NCBI GenBank assembly: GCA_050251945.1
Contig: JBFWLW010000001.1
Span: forward strand, 320,001 to 384,000
Reading direction: 5' to 3'
DNA: 64,000 nucleotides
Source: Deferribacterales bacterium
GTDB lineage: Bacteria; Chrysiogenota; Deferribacteres; Deferribacterales; Geovibrionaceae
The notes beneath the pieces were generated by a model that was given only the letters and a program-made list of their open reading frames with translations, did not search any database and had not been told where the DNA came from. How positions within the stretch are numbered: position 1 is the first letter of the stretch; each line of letters opens with the position of its first letter. The translations under genes and the position numbers were made by a program. Of this stretch, positions 10,898 to 21,554 are shown piece after piece.

Positions 10898-13171
10898 TCA
10901 GGCAATATCTATGTATTCCAGTTCCTTTTTCCATTTTTTAGCCAATACCTGTTTTATGACAGCATTTTTAGACATTGAAAGCGACGGATCGTCTGCCAGC
11001 ACCTCTGCGGCATCCTGACGTGCCTGCTGAAGCACCTTCACATCACGCACGATATTTGAAAACTGAAATTCAGGAATTCCCGACTGGCGCGTTCCGAAGA
11101 AATCACCGGGACCGCGCATCTCAAGGTCAATCTCGCTGAGACGGAAACCGTCGGCGTGCCTGCACATGGCGTTTATGCGTTCTCTGCCCTCTTCCGAAAC
11201 CTCTTTTCCCGTGATAAGCATACAATACGACTGCCTGTGGCTTCTGCCCACACGCCCGCGAAGCTGGTGGAGCTGTGAAAGCCCGAACCGTTCTGCGTTC
11301 TCAACAACCATAACCGTCGCCTGCGGGATATCCACACCGACTTCAACCACTGTCGTGGAGACAAGTATCTTTATTCCGCCATCTTTGAACGCGTCCATAA
11401 GGTGCTGTTTCTGCTCATGTTTCATCCGACCGTGCAGAAGTCCGACGTTCTCTTCGCCGAAAACCCCGCAAAGATTCTCATATTCGTCCGTGGCAGCCTT
11501 AAGATCGACTTTTTCGCTGATATCTATCAGCGGGTATATCACATACGCACCGTGTCCTTTTGCTATCTCGTCTGCAATGAGCTTGTGTGCATCTTCTATT
11601 CTATTACTGTGTTTCGTTATTATAGGTGTCCGCCCCGGAGGCATCTCGTCTATTATACTGATATCAAGGTCGCCGTAAAACGAAAGCGCAAGCGTCCTTG
11701 GAATCGGTGTCGCGGTCATCAGAAGTATGTCTGGCATATATCCTTTTTCTATAAGCGATTTTCTCTGCTCAACACCGAACCTGTGCTGTTCGTCTATTAT
11801 GGCAAGCCCGAGGCGCATGAAATCCGCATTCTCCTGAATAACGGCGTGGGTTCCCACAACGAAATCCATGTGTCCGGCGGCTATCATCTCTTTGGTGCGC
11901 TTCTTTTCAGATGCGGTCATTGAGCCTGTCAGAAGCGCTGCGGTCACATCTGTGCCCTGAATAAGCTTAATAAGGATGGTCATATGCTGACGCGCCAAAA
12001 CCTCTGTAGGGGCTATTACTGCCACCTGCCAGCCGTTTTTAACGGCGACAAAACCCGCAGTGAACGCAACTATAGTCTTTCCGCTGCCCACGTCACCCTG
12101 AACAAGCCTGTTCATCTGCCCTGTCGCTGACATGTCGTTGAAAATCTCCGCCATGACTTTTTTCTGCGCATGGGTGAACTTGAACGGCAGAAGATTTTTT
12201 ATCCACTCAAGATATTCCATCTTTATGTCAAAGCGTATGCCTTCCTGACGCGTATACGCCTTTTTTTTATAGAGAAGTCCCATTTGCAGGTAAAAGAGTT
12301 CCTCATAGATAAACCGCTGATACGCCGGATGACTTCTGTCGGACAGAGCCGGAAGCTCGTACGGAGAATCGGGACAGTGTATCTGTTTCAGCGCCTCTTT
12401 TGCTGACGGGTATTTATATTTCATTTCGTATCTGGCGGGCAGATAGTCCGGAACAAGTCCCAGATATCTTTCCAGAGCCGACTTTACGGCGGAACAATAG
12501 CTTTTAAGAGCAACGGTTTTCGGCAGGGTGTAAACAGGAATTATCTCTCCCATTTCATCCTCTTTAATGAATTGCGGGTGGATAATTGATTCCATGCCGC
12601 TAAAATTGCCGGATTGACCGTAAAGAGTGTATTTATCGCCCTCTTTCAGAGCGTTTGACGGGAATTTCGCAGAAAAATGGAACCAAATGGCGCAGAACTG
12701 ACCGAAATCAGCCTGAAAAACAGCCCTGTAAAAGCGCTTTTTATTTTTAGTTATAACGATGCCGCCGGCTTTAAAAACACCTGTCAGCGCCCTTTTGCCG
12801 CCTTGGGATTCTCCTATGTATTCGTATCTGTATGGAAAATGGTAGAACATATCCTCTACGGTGCGTATGTTCTGTTTTTCCAGCGCATCCGCTGCCTTTT
12901 TGCCTATGCGCGGCACACTGCGGATATCGACAGCTTTAAATTCTTCTGTGGTGTTGGCGGACTGTGCCAGAAGGGTTATCTCCGCAAGGATATTCTCAAG
13001 CTCCCTGCGCTCGTAGGAATCTTTAAAAACAAAACCCGCAGAGTCAAAACCGCTGCGGGTGGTTATATCTTTCAACGCATCCAGATACTTACGCGGATTT
13101 TTAAAGTAATCCGCAGTGTTGTCTTTAATATCTGCAAGCAGTCTTAAAAGCCGTCCTCTGTCGTTTGCCAT
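10898..13171 (-). CDS. recG: ATP-dependent DNA helicase RecG
   Basis: RLVQGDVGSGKT, DEQHRFGV, MTATPIPRTL, QLRGRVGR and RGPGDFFGTRQSG. Confidence 0.95.
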   Translation of the reverse strand: MANDRGRLLRLLADIKDNTADYFKNPRKYLDALKDITTRSGFDSAGFVFKDSYERRELENILAEITLLAQSANTTEEFKAVDIRSVPRIGKKAADALEKQNIRTVEDMFYHFPYRYEYIGESQGGKRALTGVFKAGGIVITKNKKRFYRAVFQADFGQFCAIWFHFSAKFPSNALKEGDKYTLYGQSGNFSGMESIIHPQFIKEDEMGEIIPVYTLPKTVALKSYCSAVKSALERYLGLVPDYLPARYEMKYKYPSAKEALKQIHCPDSPYELPALSDRSHPAYQRFIYEELFYLQMGLLYKKKAYTRQEGIRFDIKMEYLEWIKNLLPFKFTHAQKKVMAEIFNDMSATGQMNRLVQGDVGSGKTIVAFTAGFVAVKNGWQVAVIAPTEVLARQHMTILIKLIQGTDVTAALLTGSMTASEKKRTKEMIAAGHMDFVVGTHAVIQENADFMRLGLAIIDEQHRFGVEQRKSLIEKGYMPDILLMTATPIPRTLALSFYGDLDISIIDEMPPGRTPIITKHSNRIEDAHKLIADEIAKGHGAYVIYPLIDISEKVDLKAATDEYENLCGVFGEENVGLLHGRMKHEQKQHLMDAFKDGGIKILVSTTVVEVGVDIPQATVMVVENAERFGLSQLHQLRGRVGRSHRQSYCMLITGKEVSEEGRERINAMCRHADGFRLSEIDLEMRGPGDFFGTRQSGIPEFQFSNIVRDVKVLQQARQDAAEVLADDPSLSMSKNAVIKQVLAKKWKKELEYIDIA

Positions 13172-13624
13172 TTAAAACATGTTCAGAGCGGAAGATTCGT
13201 TTCCTGAGAAAACTTTATGCACATCAAGGATTATGACCATTTCGGTTTCCGTTTTCGCAACACCCTTAATGTATTTTGTGTCGGCGCCTGTGGATGCGCT
13301 TGGGGCTTTATCAACGACGTCGCTGCTGACACGAAGAACATCTTCAACGTTATCAACTATAAAGCCTATCTTGCGCCCACTGAGGTTAACAACTATGATA
13401 CGCGTGGAGTTTGTAAAATCAGACGCCATAAGCCCGAGTTTTTTTCGCAGATCCACAATAGGAATGACCCTTCCCCGGAGATTTATGATACCCTCAACAA
13501 ATGAAGGAGCCTTGGGTACGGTGGTTATGTCCACCATGCGCAGAATCTCTTCAATATCCATGATATCTATGCCGTATTTGTCTTCCGCAAGAAGCAGGCG
13601 GACATATTGTTTATATTCGGACAT
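13172..13624 (-). CDS. cheW: Chemotaxis coupling protein CheW
   Basis: ITTVPKAPSFVEGIINLRGRVIPIVDLR, GFIVDNV. Start placed at MSEY after a GAGG RBS. Confidence 0.9.
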   Translation of the reverse strand: MSEYKQYVRLLLAEDKYGIDIMDIEEILRMVDITTVPKAPSFVEGIINLRGRVIPIVDLRKKLGLMASDFTNSTRIIVVNLSGRKIGFIVDNVEDVLRVSSDVVDKAPSASTGADTKYIKGVAKTETEMVIILDVHKVFSGNESSALNMF

Positions 13625-13682
13625 GGATAACCTCGTTGTATTTTTCTGCAATCATATCAGTTTAATCGGCAGATTGCAAATA

Positions 13683-14051
13683 TTATACTAAAGCACCTGT
13701 CTTATTGATGATTTTGTTGTCAGCATCAACCTGTACAACAGTGGGCTTATAGTTTTCAAGTTCTTTTTCGTCATACATTGCGAATGTAGCGATTATAACC
13801 ATGTCGCCGACGTGCACCTTTCGCGCCGCCGCACCGTTAAGGCATATCTCGCCGCTTCCTCGTCTGCCTTCGATGGCGTATGTCTGGAACCTTTCGCCGT
13901 TGGTGATGTTCCAGATGTCCACCTTTTCATATTCCCTGATGCCCGACGCTTCCATAAGGTCGAGGTCGATGCCTATACTGCCCTCATAATGAAGATCCGC
14001 GTCTGTTACTGTTGCTCTGTGAATTTTTGATTTGAACATCTCTCTAAACAT
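13683..14051 (-). CDS. panD: Aspartate 1-decarboxylase
   Basis: [14 protein letters not shown] cleavage site and CLNGAAAR. Confidence 0.95.
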   Translation of the reverse strand: MFREMFKSKIHRATVTDADLHYEGSIGIDLDLMEASGIREYEKVDIWNITNGERFQTYAIEGRRGSGEICLNGAAARKVHVGDMVIIATFAMYDEKELENYKPTVVQVDADNKIINKTGALV

Positions 14052-14976
14052 GATGCACCTCAAAATATCTGTTATCTATTAATCTTGCTTTTCCGACATA
14101 TACGGCAAGCGCCATAACGAAATCCTCTCCTGTGCCGTTTACGGAGACCAGTGTCTCCGGATGTACAGTTTCAATGTAATCTATCTTCGTGTGCGGATGG
14201 CTCAAGATGAAATCCGCGATTTTGTCCTTTATTGTCTTCGTATCTTTAACACCCTCTTTCAGCAGGTTTTCAACTATTTTGAAACTGCCGCTGAGAGCCA
14301 GTGCCGATGTGCGTTCGTCACCTTTAAGATAGACGTTTCTGGAACTGAGCGCCAGCCCGTCAGTTTCGCGGACGATTGGCATACCGACAACCTCAACGTC
14401 CATGTTATAGACGTTTCTGGAACTGAGCGCCAGCCCGTCAGTTTCGCGGACGATTGGCATACCGACAACCTCAACGTCCATGTTCAGGTCTTTGACCATA
14501 CGTTTTATGACCTGCAATTGCTGGTAATCCTTCGAGCCGAAGTAAGCTCTGTCGGGATTTACAATGTTGAACAGTTTTGTTACCACCGTTGCAACTCCGG
14601 CGAAATGCACAGGTCTTGTTATACCGCAAAGAACCTCTGTTATGCCGGAAAGTTCAACTTTCGTACAAAATCCTTCGCCATACATTTCGGCAGGTGCGGG
14701 ATAAAAGATGATATCCGCATTGTTCTTTTCCAGAAGCGCACAATCGCTTTCAAAATCTCTGGGATAAGCCGAGAGATCCTCAGCGGGTCCGAACTGCGTC
14801 GGATTAACAAAGATGCTGACCACCGTCACATCATTATTCTTTACGGATTCACGCACCAGAGACATATGCCCTTCATGCAGAAAACCCATTGTCGGTACAA
14901 GCCCGACAGATCGTCCCGAAGACTTAATTTTCTTTATTTCAGCTTTAATATCAGCTATTTTATTAAATATTCTCAT
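14044..14976 (-). CDS. panC: Pantoate-beta-alanine ligase, containing a 26-aa internal tandem duplication
   Basis: [37 protein letters not shown] (present twice) and RLIDN. Confidence 0.93.
   Translation of the reverse strand: MRIFNKIADIKAEIKKIKSSGRSVGLVPTMGFLHEGHMSLVRESVKNNDVTVVSIFVNPTQFGPAEDLSAYPRDFESDCALLEKNNADIIFYPAPAEMYGEGFCTKVELSGITEVLCGITRPVHFAGVATVVTKLFNIVNPDRAYFGSKDYQQLQVIKRMVKDLNMDVEVVGMPIVRETDGLALSSRNVYNMDVEVVGMPIVRETDGLALSSRNVYLKGDERTSALALSGSFKIVENLLKEGVKDTKTIKDKIADFILSHPHTKIDYIETVHPETLVSVNGTGEDFVMALAVYVGKARLIDNRYFEVHHV
14329..14484. repeat. Perfect 78-bp tandem duplication (14329-14406 = 14407-14484) inside panC
   Basis: Base-by-base identical units ATAGACGTTTCT...TCCATGTT. Confidence 0.95.
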
Positions 14977-14984
14977 CCATCGCC

Positions 14985-15794
14985 TCAGAAAGAGTGTATA
15001 TCCTGCGGGAATTCAGCGGATTTTACTTCTTTAATATATGTTTTTGCAGCTTCAGATATGATTTCATTTACGTTTGCGTACTGCTTGACGAACTTCGGAG
15101 TGAACCCGTCGAAGATTCCGAATACGTCATGAAAAACCAGCACCTGTCCGTCGCAGTGTGCACCTGCACCGATTCCGATGGTGGGTATTTTAACGGTTTC
15201 CGTTATGATTTGTGCTGCCGCAGAGACGGTTCCTTCAAGGACAATAGAAAATGCACCCGCCGCCTCAAGAGCAACAGCATCGGCAAGAAGTTTCTCATGC
15301 CCTTCCCTTCCCTGTATGCGGTAGCCGCCCATTGTGCCTACAAACTGCGGCATGAGACCAATGTGACCCATCACGTTGATGCCGCATCCGGTAAGTTTTT
15401 TAACGAGTCCGGCTCTTTCCGCTCCGCCTTCAATCTTAACAGCGTCAAAACCTGTTTCTTTGATAACGCGGATGCAGTTTTCAAGAGCGTTCTCGTCTGA
15501 TACATGGTATGAACCGAAAGGCATGTCGGCTACAAGAAAAGCGTTTGTCGCGGCACGCTTAACCATTTTGCAGTGATAAATGATTTCATCAACCGTTACA
15601 GGAAGTGTGTTTTCATAACCGTTTACGACCATTCCAAGGGAATCCCCAACGAGAATAATGTCTATTCCGGCTTTGTCAAGAATGGACGCAGATGTGAAAT
15701 CGTAAGCTGTAAGGCATGATATCCTTTCGCCGTTTGACTTCATTTTTTTGATAGTGTTGACTGTAATCTTTTTGATATCAGTGTGTTTGCTCAT
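14985..15794 (-). CDS. panB: 3-methyl-2-oxobutanoate hydroxymethyltransferase
   Basis: LTAYD, LVGDSLGM, ADMPFGSY, VKIEGG and GHIGLMPQ. Start at MSKHTD after a GAGG RBS. Confidence 0.95.
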   Translation of the reverse strand: MSKHTDIKKITVNTIKKMKSNGERISCLTAYDFTSASILDKAGIDIILVGDSLGMVVNGYENTLPVTVDEIIYHCKMVKRAATNAFLVADMPFGSYHVSDENALENCIRVIKETGFDAVKIEGGAERAGLVKKLTGCGINVMGHIGLMPQFVGTMGGYRIQGREGHEKLLADAVALEAAGAFSIVLEGTVSAAAQIITETVKIPTIGIGAGAHCDGQVLVFHDVFGIFDGFTPKFVKQYANVNEIISEAAKTYIKEVKSAEFPQDIHSF

Positions 15795-15814
15795 ATCCAA
15801 CCTCTGATTTTTGT

Positions 15815-15887
15815 GATTACAGACGCAAGACATGGCAAAAATTGAACATTTTTGATTTGCAGTGTCTCGGTCCGAAGATCCAAGCAA
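15815..15887 (-). ncRNA. Probable pan RNA motif (cis-regulatory leader of panB)
   Basis: Leader reads GCTTGGATCTTCGGACCGAGACA...TGTCTTGCGTCTG and starts just after the predicted promoter. It resembles the pan motif as I recall it; not checked against a model. Confidence 0.55.
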
Positions 15888-15891
15888 GAGA

Positions 15892-15920
15892 ATAATAGGT
15901 AATTAAAGAACTTACGTCAA
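15892..15920 (-). promoter_or_regulatory. Putative sigma-70 promoter of panBCD
   Basis: Minus-strand TTGACG-N17-TATTAT. Confidence 0.55.
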
Positions 15921-15953
15921 GATAAAAAAAAGAGGTTTTTTTCAGAATCTCTC

Positions 15954-16093
15954 CAGACCGATGACAAAATCAGTAAAATGCAGGATCGCGTCGTCGCATG
16001 CGCTCCTCGCGAAGACAAAAAACGTCTCTGCGAGGGTTTTAACCCGAAGCATTCTAATGTAAGTCTGTGTAAATTTAATTTGTAAACAACCTG
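15954..16093 (+). mobile_element. MITE-like repeat, copy 2 (140 bp), between duplicated palindromes 15930-15953 and 16094-16117
   Basis: Ends CAGACCGATGACAAA / TTTGTAAACAACCTG. Flanking 24-bp direct repeats match at 22/24. Confidence 0.85.
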
Positions 16094-16135
16094 AAGAGGT
16101 TCTTTTCAGAACCTCTCAGTGATATGTATTAGAAA

Positions 16136-16672
16136 TTAGAAAGTGGGAGGTGTGTCTACCCAGAGAGCAACAGCGGGCTTATCAGTTCTGTTGCGTATCT
16201 TATGAGGCATGTTTGAGCTAAAATAGATGCTGTGTCCTGTCGGCAGATGATATTCGTCAGCACCGATAACAACACATATTTCGCCTTCGATTACATAACC
16301 GAATTCCTCACCAACGTGCTGGTAATATTCGGAACCTGTCTCGCCGTACGGGTCAAGCTCGATAAGCATAGGTTCCAGTTTTCTGTTAACAAGCTTTGAG
16401 GCTATGAAAGACATGGAGATACTTTTGTTTTTGAACACCTTGTATTCGCCGGGTTCAAAGACGTTAACGATGTTGCGTTCGTCCTCAAAAAGCTCACTGA
16501 TGGTGGTTCCGAGCGCAAAACAAATCTTCTTCAGAGAAGCTATAGAGGGAGAGTTCTTTCCGTTTTCAATCTGGCTGATGAAACTTTTAGTGAAACCGGT
16601 CTTCTGAGAAATATCCTCAAGCGTCATGCCAAGTTTCTTTCTTATCTCTCTTAACTTAATACCATAAGGCAT
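16136..16672 (-). CDS. XRE-family HTH regulator with C-terminal cupin domain (PuuR/SutR-like)
   Basis: LREIRKKLGMTLEDIS...SQIENGKNSPS HTH. HVGEEFGYVIEG and PHKIRN cupin motifs. Confidence 0.85.
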   Translation of the reverse strand: MPYGIKLREIRKKLGMTLEDISQKTGFTKSFISQIENGKNSPSIASLKKICFALGTTISELFEDERNIVNVFEPGEYKVFKNKSISMSFIASKLVNRKLEPMLIELDPYGETGSEYYQHVGEEFGYVIEGEICVVIGADEYHLPTGHSIYFSSNMPHKIRNRTDKPAVALWVDTPPTF

Positions 16673-16889
16673 AATAACACCCCTCAAAAATAATTAAGAT
16701 TATATCTCAAAAAAATGTAGGCTGTCAACATCTTTCGTTAATAATTAATCTTTTATTTTATGTGATCTACTAATAGATTAAACCATATTGTTCTATTTTA
16801 ATTAATACCTCGTCAAATATTACTTTAACAGTTGACTGAAAATGAATTGATGAATATCCTATTTTAAATATTAACGGACAGGTGATTAC

Positions 16890-17420
16890 ATGGAATCTGT
16901 ATTGCGCAGACTGAACACAGCCCCCGTTAAGGGTGAGCGGGTTTTTGTGGCAAAAAGCGCCGACATAATAGGCGAGGTCATACTGGAAGACGATTCGAGC
17001 ATATGGTTCAATGTTGTGCTCAGAGGTGACGTTGAAAAGATAGTCATAGGCAAATATTCAAACGTCCAGGATGGAACAGTCATACATACGACACTGGATA
17101 AGTTCCCCACAATACTGGGAGATTATGTCACCGTAGGACATAATGCCATGCTCCACGGATGTAAAATAAACAACAACGTTCTTGTCGGTATCGGAGCGAT
17201 AATTCTTGACGACGCTGAAATAGGTGAAAACTCGATAGTTGCCGCCGGCTCTCTGGTTCCCCCCGGCAAAAAGTTTCCGCCCTGCTCTCTCATAATGGGA
17301 AGCCCCGCCAAGGTCGTGAAAACCCTAGAACAAAAGGACATTGACGGCATAAGAAACTATGCGGACAGATATATCAGTTACAAGCAGATGTATCTTGAGA
17401 ACGGATATAAATCAGTTTAA
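16890..17420 (+). CDS. Gamma-carbonic anhydrase family hexapeptide-repeat protein (YrdA-like)
   Basis: IWFNVVLRGD, SNVQDG, TVGHNAMLHGC and GSPAK. Confidence 0.88.
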   Translation: MESVLRRLNTAPVKGERVFVAKSADIIGEVILEDDSSIWFNVVLRGDVEKIVIGKYSNVQDGTVIHTTLDKFPTILGDYVTVGHNAMLHGCKINNNVLVGIGAIILDDAEIGENSIVAAGSLVPPGKKFPPCSLIMGSPAKVVKTLEQKDIDGIRNYADRYISYKQMYLENGYKSV

Positions 17421-17460
17421 ATATTAGTAACATTTTTTTTAATAGGATAATTGGGCAATA

Positions 17461-17491
17461 AAAAAAGCGGAGGCAAAAACCTCCGCTTTTT
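17461..17491. terminator. Bidirectional Rho-independent terminator between convergent genes
   Basis: AAAAAAGCGGAGG-CAAAAA-CCTCCGCTTTTT. Confidence 0.8.
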
Positions 17492-17510
17492 GATTTATAA
17501 GATAAGTATC

Positions 17511-18353
17511 TTATTTGCCGTCAAACAGTGACCATGGGCCTCTGTGTTTTGAATAGTCGATTGCTTTCGCTTTGTCAGCGTCAACATCTTTGCGGATCTT
17601 GAACTCCTGTCCGGGGAAGATCAGGTCAGGGTCTTTGATCTGCTCTTTGTTAGCCCAGTAGATAAGCGGCCACATAAAGGGGTTAAGGTATTTTGCTTTG
17701 GAGATGTTCCAAAGGTTGTCGCCTCTAACAACTTTATATTTCATGATATCTTCAACTGTGCCTGCGGGTGCTGCTGCGGTGGATTCTTTAACAGCTGATC
17801 TCATAGAGGCAGCTTTGCCTTCCGCAATTTCTTTCTGGATAGTGTCGTTGTCAGCAGAAACTGATTTAAGAACTGCCAGCGCTTTTTCGCCTTCGCATTT
17901 GTCGATGAGACCCTGAGCCTCGTCAAGTTTTGCTTTAGCGTCTCTGTAGGTTGCGGAGTATTTTTCTCCGTCCTCAGCGTTAGCGGCAAGGTTGTTTTTG
18001 GCTGCTGAAAGCTCGGCTTTCGCCTGCTCGTTCACTTTTGCTCTCTCAGCGGCAACGAGCTTAACTTTTTCAAAGTCGGCAGCAGCTTCGATCAGCTCGG
18101 CTTTTGCCTGTTTGTAAAGCTCACTTTTATTGCCGCCTTTTTCTGCATCGGCAACTTTTGCCTCGGCAGCTTCAAGCTTTTGTTTTGCAGCTAAGTATTC
18201 AGTTCCGGCACACATTTCGGCGCCGCCCTCCTGAGCAGCTTTCATAGCGGCTCTGGCGTTATCCATCTCCTGAACGGGAGGTTTTGTGCAGCCTGAGACT
18301 AACACAGCAGCCGCGAAAACGGCTGTAAACAGCACTTTAGTTGCTCTGCTCAT
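17511..18353 (-). CDS. Lipoprotein with Ala-rich helical (DUF4398-like) region and C-terminal LysM domain
   Basis: Lipobox VSGC. YKVVRGDNLWNIS...WPLIYWANKEQIKDPDLIFPGQ LysM. Confidence 0.85.
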   Translation of the reverse strand: MSRATKVLFTAVFAAAVLVSGCTKPPVQEMDNARAAMKAAQEGGAEMCAGTEYLAAKQKLEAAEAKVADAEKGGNKSELYKQAKAELIEAAADFEKVKLVAAERAKVNEQAKAELSAAKNNLAANAEDGEKYSATYRDAKAKLDEAQGLIDKCEGEKALAVLKSVSADNDTIQKEIAEGKAASMRSAVKESTAAAPAGTVEDIMKYKVVRGDNLWNISKAKYLNPFMWPLIYWANKEQIKDPDLIFPGQEFKIRKDVDADKAKAIDYSKHRGPWSLFDGK

Positions 18354-18436
18354 TACATCCTCCGGATTTATTTACACATATTATATCACACATGAAATAG
18401 TTTGTCAAAAACACAAACTACTTATTTTGTAATATT

Positions 18437-20227
18437 TTAGTCATTTTCTGGGACGTTAAACTGCATAAAGAGTTCTTTAAGCTGTTTTTCGTCCACTTTG
18501 CTGGGAGCCTCACTCATCATGTCGGTGGCTCTCTGCGTTTTCGGGAAAGCTATAACGTCTCTGATGGATTCAGAGCCTGTGAGGATAGACGCAAGTCTGT
18601 CCACACCAAACGCTATACCGCCGTGAGGTGGTGTTCCGTAACGAAGAGCCTCGATGAAGAAGCCGAATTTATATTCCCTCTCCTCTTCTGTGAAGCCGAG
18701 AGCGTTAAACATTTTTTCCTGAATGTCACTTCTGTGTATCCTGATGGAACCGCCGCCGATCTCGGAACCGTTAAGAACAAGGTCATAGGCTTTGGCGCGC
18801 ATCTTGCCGGGGTCGGTGTCAAAATAATCCACGTCATCATCCAGCGGAGCCGTGAAAGGGTGGTGAACAGCGACATATCTTTTTTCTTCTGCATCATATT
18901 CAAGCAGCGGGAAATCCAGAACCCATGTGAATGAGTACTGTTCCTCTTTTATGTGACCAAGGAGATTTCCGAGTTTGATACGCAGTTTAGACATATAAAG
19001 GTTAACAATTTCTTTTTTGCCTGCACCGAAGAAAATGATATCGCCCGGTTTTGCTCCCAGTTCACTCACAATCTTATCGGCAGAATCGCCGAGAAACTTA
19101 ACAATGGGCGACTGGAGACCGTCTTCATTCACTTTGATATATGCGAGACCTGCCGCGCCAAGTGAAACAACAAAGTCTGTCAGCTCGTCAATGTCTTTTC
19201 TGGAAAATTTTTCGCCTGCGCCTTCCGCAACAACAGCTTTAACAACTCCGCCGTTGTTTACCGTGTCGTTGAACACTTTAAAACCGCTGTCTTTAACAAG
19301 GTCGTTGACGGTTTTAAGGTACATCGCAAAACGTGTGTCGGGTGCATCGTGACCGTATTTCTCCATAGCGTCGTCATAGGACATTCTGGGGAAACCTTTT
19401 TCAAGCTTAATGCCTTTCAGTTTATCAAATATAAGGATGTACATATCCTCAATGAGATCCATGAGGTCTTCCCTGTCGATGAATGACATCTCCATATCCA
19501 GCTGAGTGAACTCAGGCTGACGGTCGGCACGAAGGTCTTCGTCGCGGAAGCATTTAACAATCTGGAAGTACCTTTCGTAGCCCGCCACCATCAGAAGCTG
19601 TTTGAACATCTGGGGTGATTGGGGCAGCGCATAGCACTTTCCGGGGTTAACACGGCTGGGTACAAGGTAGTCCCTTGCGCCTTCAGGTGTTGATTTTGTA
19701 AGGAAAGGTGTTTCTATATCCATGAAGTTTCTGCTGTACAGGAACTCACGAACGGTGCGTGTCAGTTCGTGACGGAGTCTCAGGTTGTTCTGAAGCTTCT
19801 GTCTGCGCAGATCGAGATATCTGTATTTAAGTCTTACGTCTTCGTTTGCATTTGTGTAGTCGTCTATCATGAAAGGAGGAGTATTTGCGTTGTTGAGGAT
19901 GCGCAGTTCGTCTACCATGATTTCAACTTCGCCTGTGGGAAGTTTTGTATTTACAGTGCCGTCGGGTCTGCCGGAAACAGTACCTTTAACAGCTATGACA
20001 AATTCGTTTCTGATGCTGTTGCCCTGATCGTGGACAGTTTTGTTATATTCGGGGTTCATCACAACCTGAGTGATGCCCTCTCTGTCTCTGAGGTCAACGA
20101 AAATAACACCGCCGTGGTCTCTGCGGCGCTGAACCCAGCCCATTATACAGACTTTTTCGCCGATGTTTTTTCCGGTAAGTTGTGCGCAGTGGTGGCTCCT
20201 TCGCCAGTCTCCCATGTTAGCAAGCAC
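18437..20227 (-). CDS. aspS: Aspartate-tRNA ligase, likely non-discriminating Asp/Asn type
   Basis: [23 protein letters not shown] and [16 protein letters not shown]. His and Gly in the anticodon-binding domain (DHGG, PDG) as in non-discriminating AspRS. Confidence 0.95.
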   Translation of the reverse strand: MLANMGDWRRSHHCAQLTGKNIGEKVCIMGWVQRRRDHGGVIFVDLRDREGITQVVMNPEYNKTVHDQGNSIRNEFVIAVKGTVSGRPDGTVNTKLPTGEVEIMVDELRILNNANTPPFMIDDYTNANEDVRLKYRYLDLRRQKLQNNLRLRHELTRTVREFLYSRNFMDIETPFLTKSTPEGARDYLVPSRVNPGKCYALPQSPQMFKQLLMVAGYERYFQIVKCFRDEDLRADRQPEFTQLDMEMSFIDREDLMDLIEDMYILIFDKLKGIKLEKGFPRMSYDDAMEKYGHDAPDTRFAMYLKTVNDLVKDSGFKVFNDTVNNGGVVKAVVAEGAGEKFSRKDIDELTDFVVSLGAAGLAYIKVNEDGLQSPIVKFLGDSADKIVSELGAKPGDIIFFGAGKKEIVNLYMSKLRIKLGNLLGHIKEEQYSFTWVLDFPLLEYDAEEKRYVAVHHPFTAPLDDDVDYFDTDPGKMRAKAYDLVLNGSEIGGGSIRIHRSDIQEKMFNALGFTEEEREYKFGFFIEALRYGTPPHGGIAFGVDRLASILTGSESIRDVIAFPKTQRATDMMSEAPSKVDEKQLKELFMQFNVPEND

Positions 20228-20228
20228 G

Positions 20229-21491
20229 TTAATTCCTCCTGAGTTTATCTATAATATATTCCGTAACCTTCTCGGTAGCAATCTCTTCCTGTGTACCCGC
20301 CTGCATGTCTTTGACAGCGGCGGTATTTTTCGCAGCCTCGTCTTCACCTATAACAACTGTGAAAAGTGAACCGTATCTGTCGGCAAGGCTGAACTGCTTC
20401 TTCATCTTGCGGAAATCGTAGTCCATATCTACACTGATTCCCTGAGAACGCATTTCGTTCGCTAATTTCAGCGCAGTTTTGTCGGAAACATCCTTAAAAC
20501 TGATGATGAACACGTCAAGATCGTTCTCTTTCTCGGTTTCGTTAAGCATACAGAGGCTAACCAGCCTGTCTATGCCAACTGCAAAGCCAATCCCTGCCGT
20601 GTCCGGACCGCCGAGGAGCTGAATCAGCCCGTCGTAACGTCCTCCTGCTCCCACAGCGCTCTGTGAACCAAGTTTGTCGGTTATCATCTCAAACGCAGTA
20701 CGCACATAATAGTCAAGTCCTCTGACCATCATCGGATTCACTTTATACGGTACTGAGAGTGCGTCAAGGTAGCTTTTCACACCCTCAAAATGGTCTTTGC
20801 ACTCATCGCAGAGGAAATCAACCGCTTTTGGTGCATCCGCAGTAATCTTTTTGCAGGATTCGTTCTTGCAGTCGAGTATGCGCATGGGGTTCTTGTCCAG
20901 CCTGCGCAGGCAGTCGCCGCACAGATGGTCTATATTGGCTTTGAAATATTCTATAAGTTTTTCGTTGTAAGCGGGGCGGCAGTCGGGACAGCCGATGGAG
21001 TTTATCTCCATGCTGACATAATCTTTAATGTCAAGGTTTTCCGCCAGTTTATAAAGCAGATAGATAACATCAGCATCTATTGAAGGACCGCCGGAGCCGA
21101 AAACCTCGATTCCGGCCTGTGTGAACTGGCGGAACCTGCCCTTCTGCGGGCGCTCCCTGCGGAACATGGGACCTATGTAATAATATTTTGATATTCCCGG
21201 TGTGGAAAACAGTTTGTTTTCGACATAGGCTCTGACGAGCGATGCAGTACCCTCGGGACGCAATGAAACGGAGGTGCCGTCTCTGTCCTCAAAGGCAAAC
21301 ATCTCTTTCTCAACTATGTCTGTAGTTGAGCCGATGCCTCTGTTAAATACTTCTGTTTTTTCAAGAACCGGAAGATAGAACTCTTCAAAATTGAACGTGC
21401 GGAATGTCTGTTTGAATACTTTTTCGACCTTGTTCCAATATCTGGCTTCCAGTCCGTATATGTCTCTGAACCCTTTGACTTTCTGATACAC
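20229..21491 (-). CDS. hisS: Histidine-tRNA ligase
   Basis: [29 protein letters not shown] and AGGRYDGL. Confidence 0.95.
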   Translation of the reverse strand: MYQKVKGFRDIYGLEARYWNKVEKVFKQTFRTFNFEEFYLPVLEKTEVFNRGIGSTTDIVEKEMFAFEDRDGTSVSLRPEGTASLVRAYVENKLFSTPGISKYYYIGPMFRRERPQKGRFRQFTQAGIEVFGSGGPSIDADVIYLLYKLAENLDIKDYVSMEINSIGCPDCRPAYNEKLIEYFKANIDHLCGDCLRRLDKNPMRILDCKNESCKKITADAPKAVDFLCDECKDHFEGVKSYLDALSVPYKVNPMMVRGLDYYVRTAFEMITDKLGSQSAVGAGGRYDGLIQLLGGPDTAGIGFAVGIDRLVSLCMLNETEKENDLDVFIISFKDVSDKTALKLANEMRSQGISVDMDYDFRKMKKQFSLADRYGSLFTVVIGEDEAAKNTAAVKDMQAGTQEEIATEKVTEYIIDKLRRN

Positions 21492-21554
21492 GGAAAATAT
21501 TCCTCCAAAACCCTGATAATATGCTTAAAACATTGTCCAGTCAACAGGAAGCTT

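Noticed and set aside
12930..13171. ~80-aa N-terminal extension of RecG
   Set aside because: N-terminally extended RecG proteins are known in deep-branching bacteria such as Thermotoga, so this is not treated as novel.
14161..15132. Long antisense ORF over panC/panB, and other shadow ORFs such as 52555-53529, 54539-55477 and 3354-4052
   Set aside because: They lie opposite well-conserved genes, have no recognisable motifs, and are explained by codon-usage shadowing.
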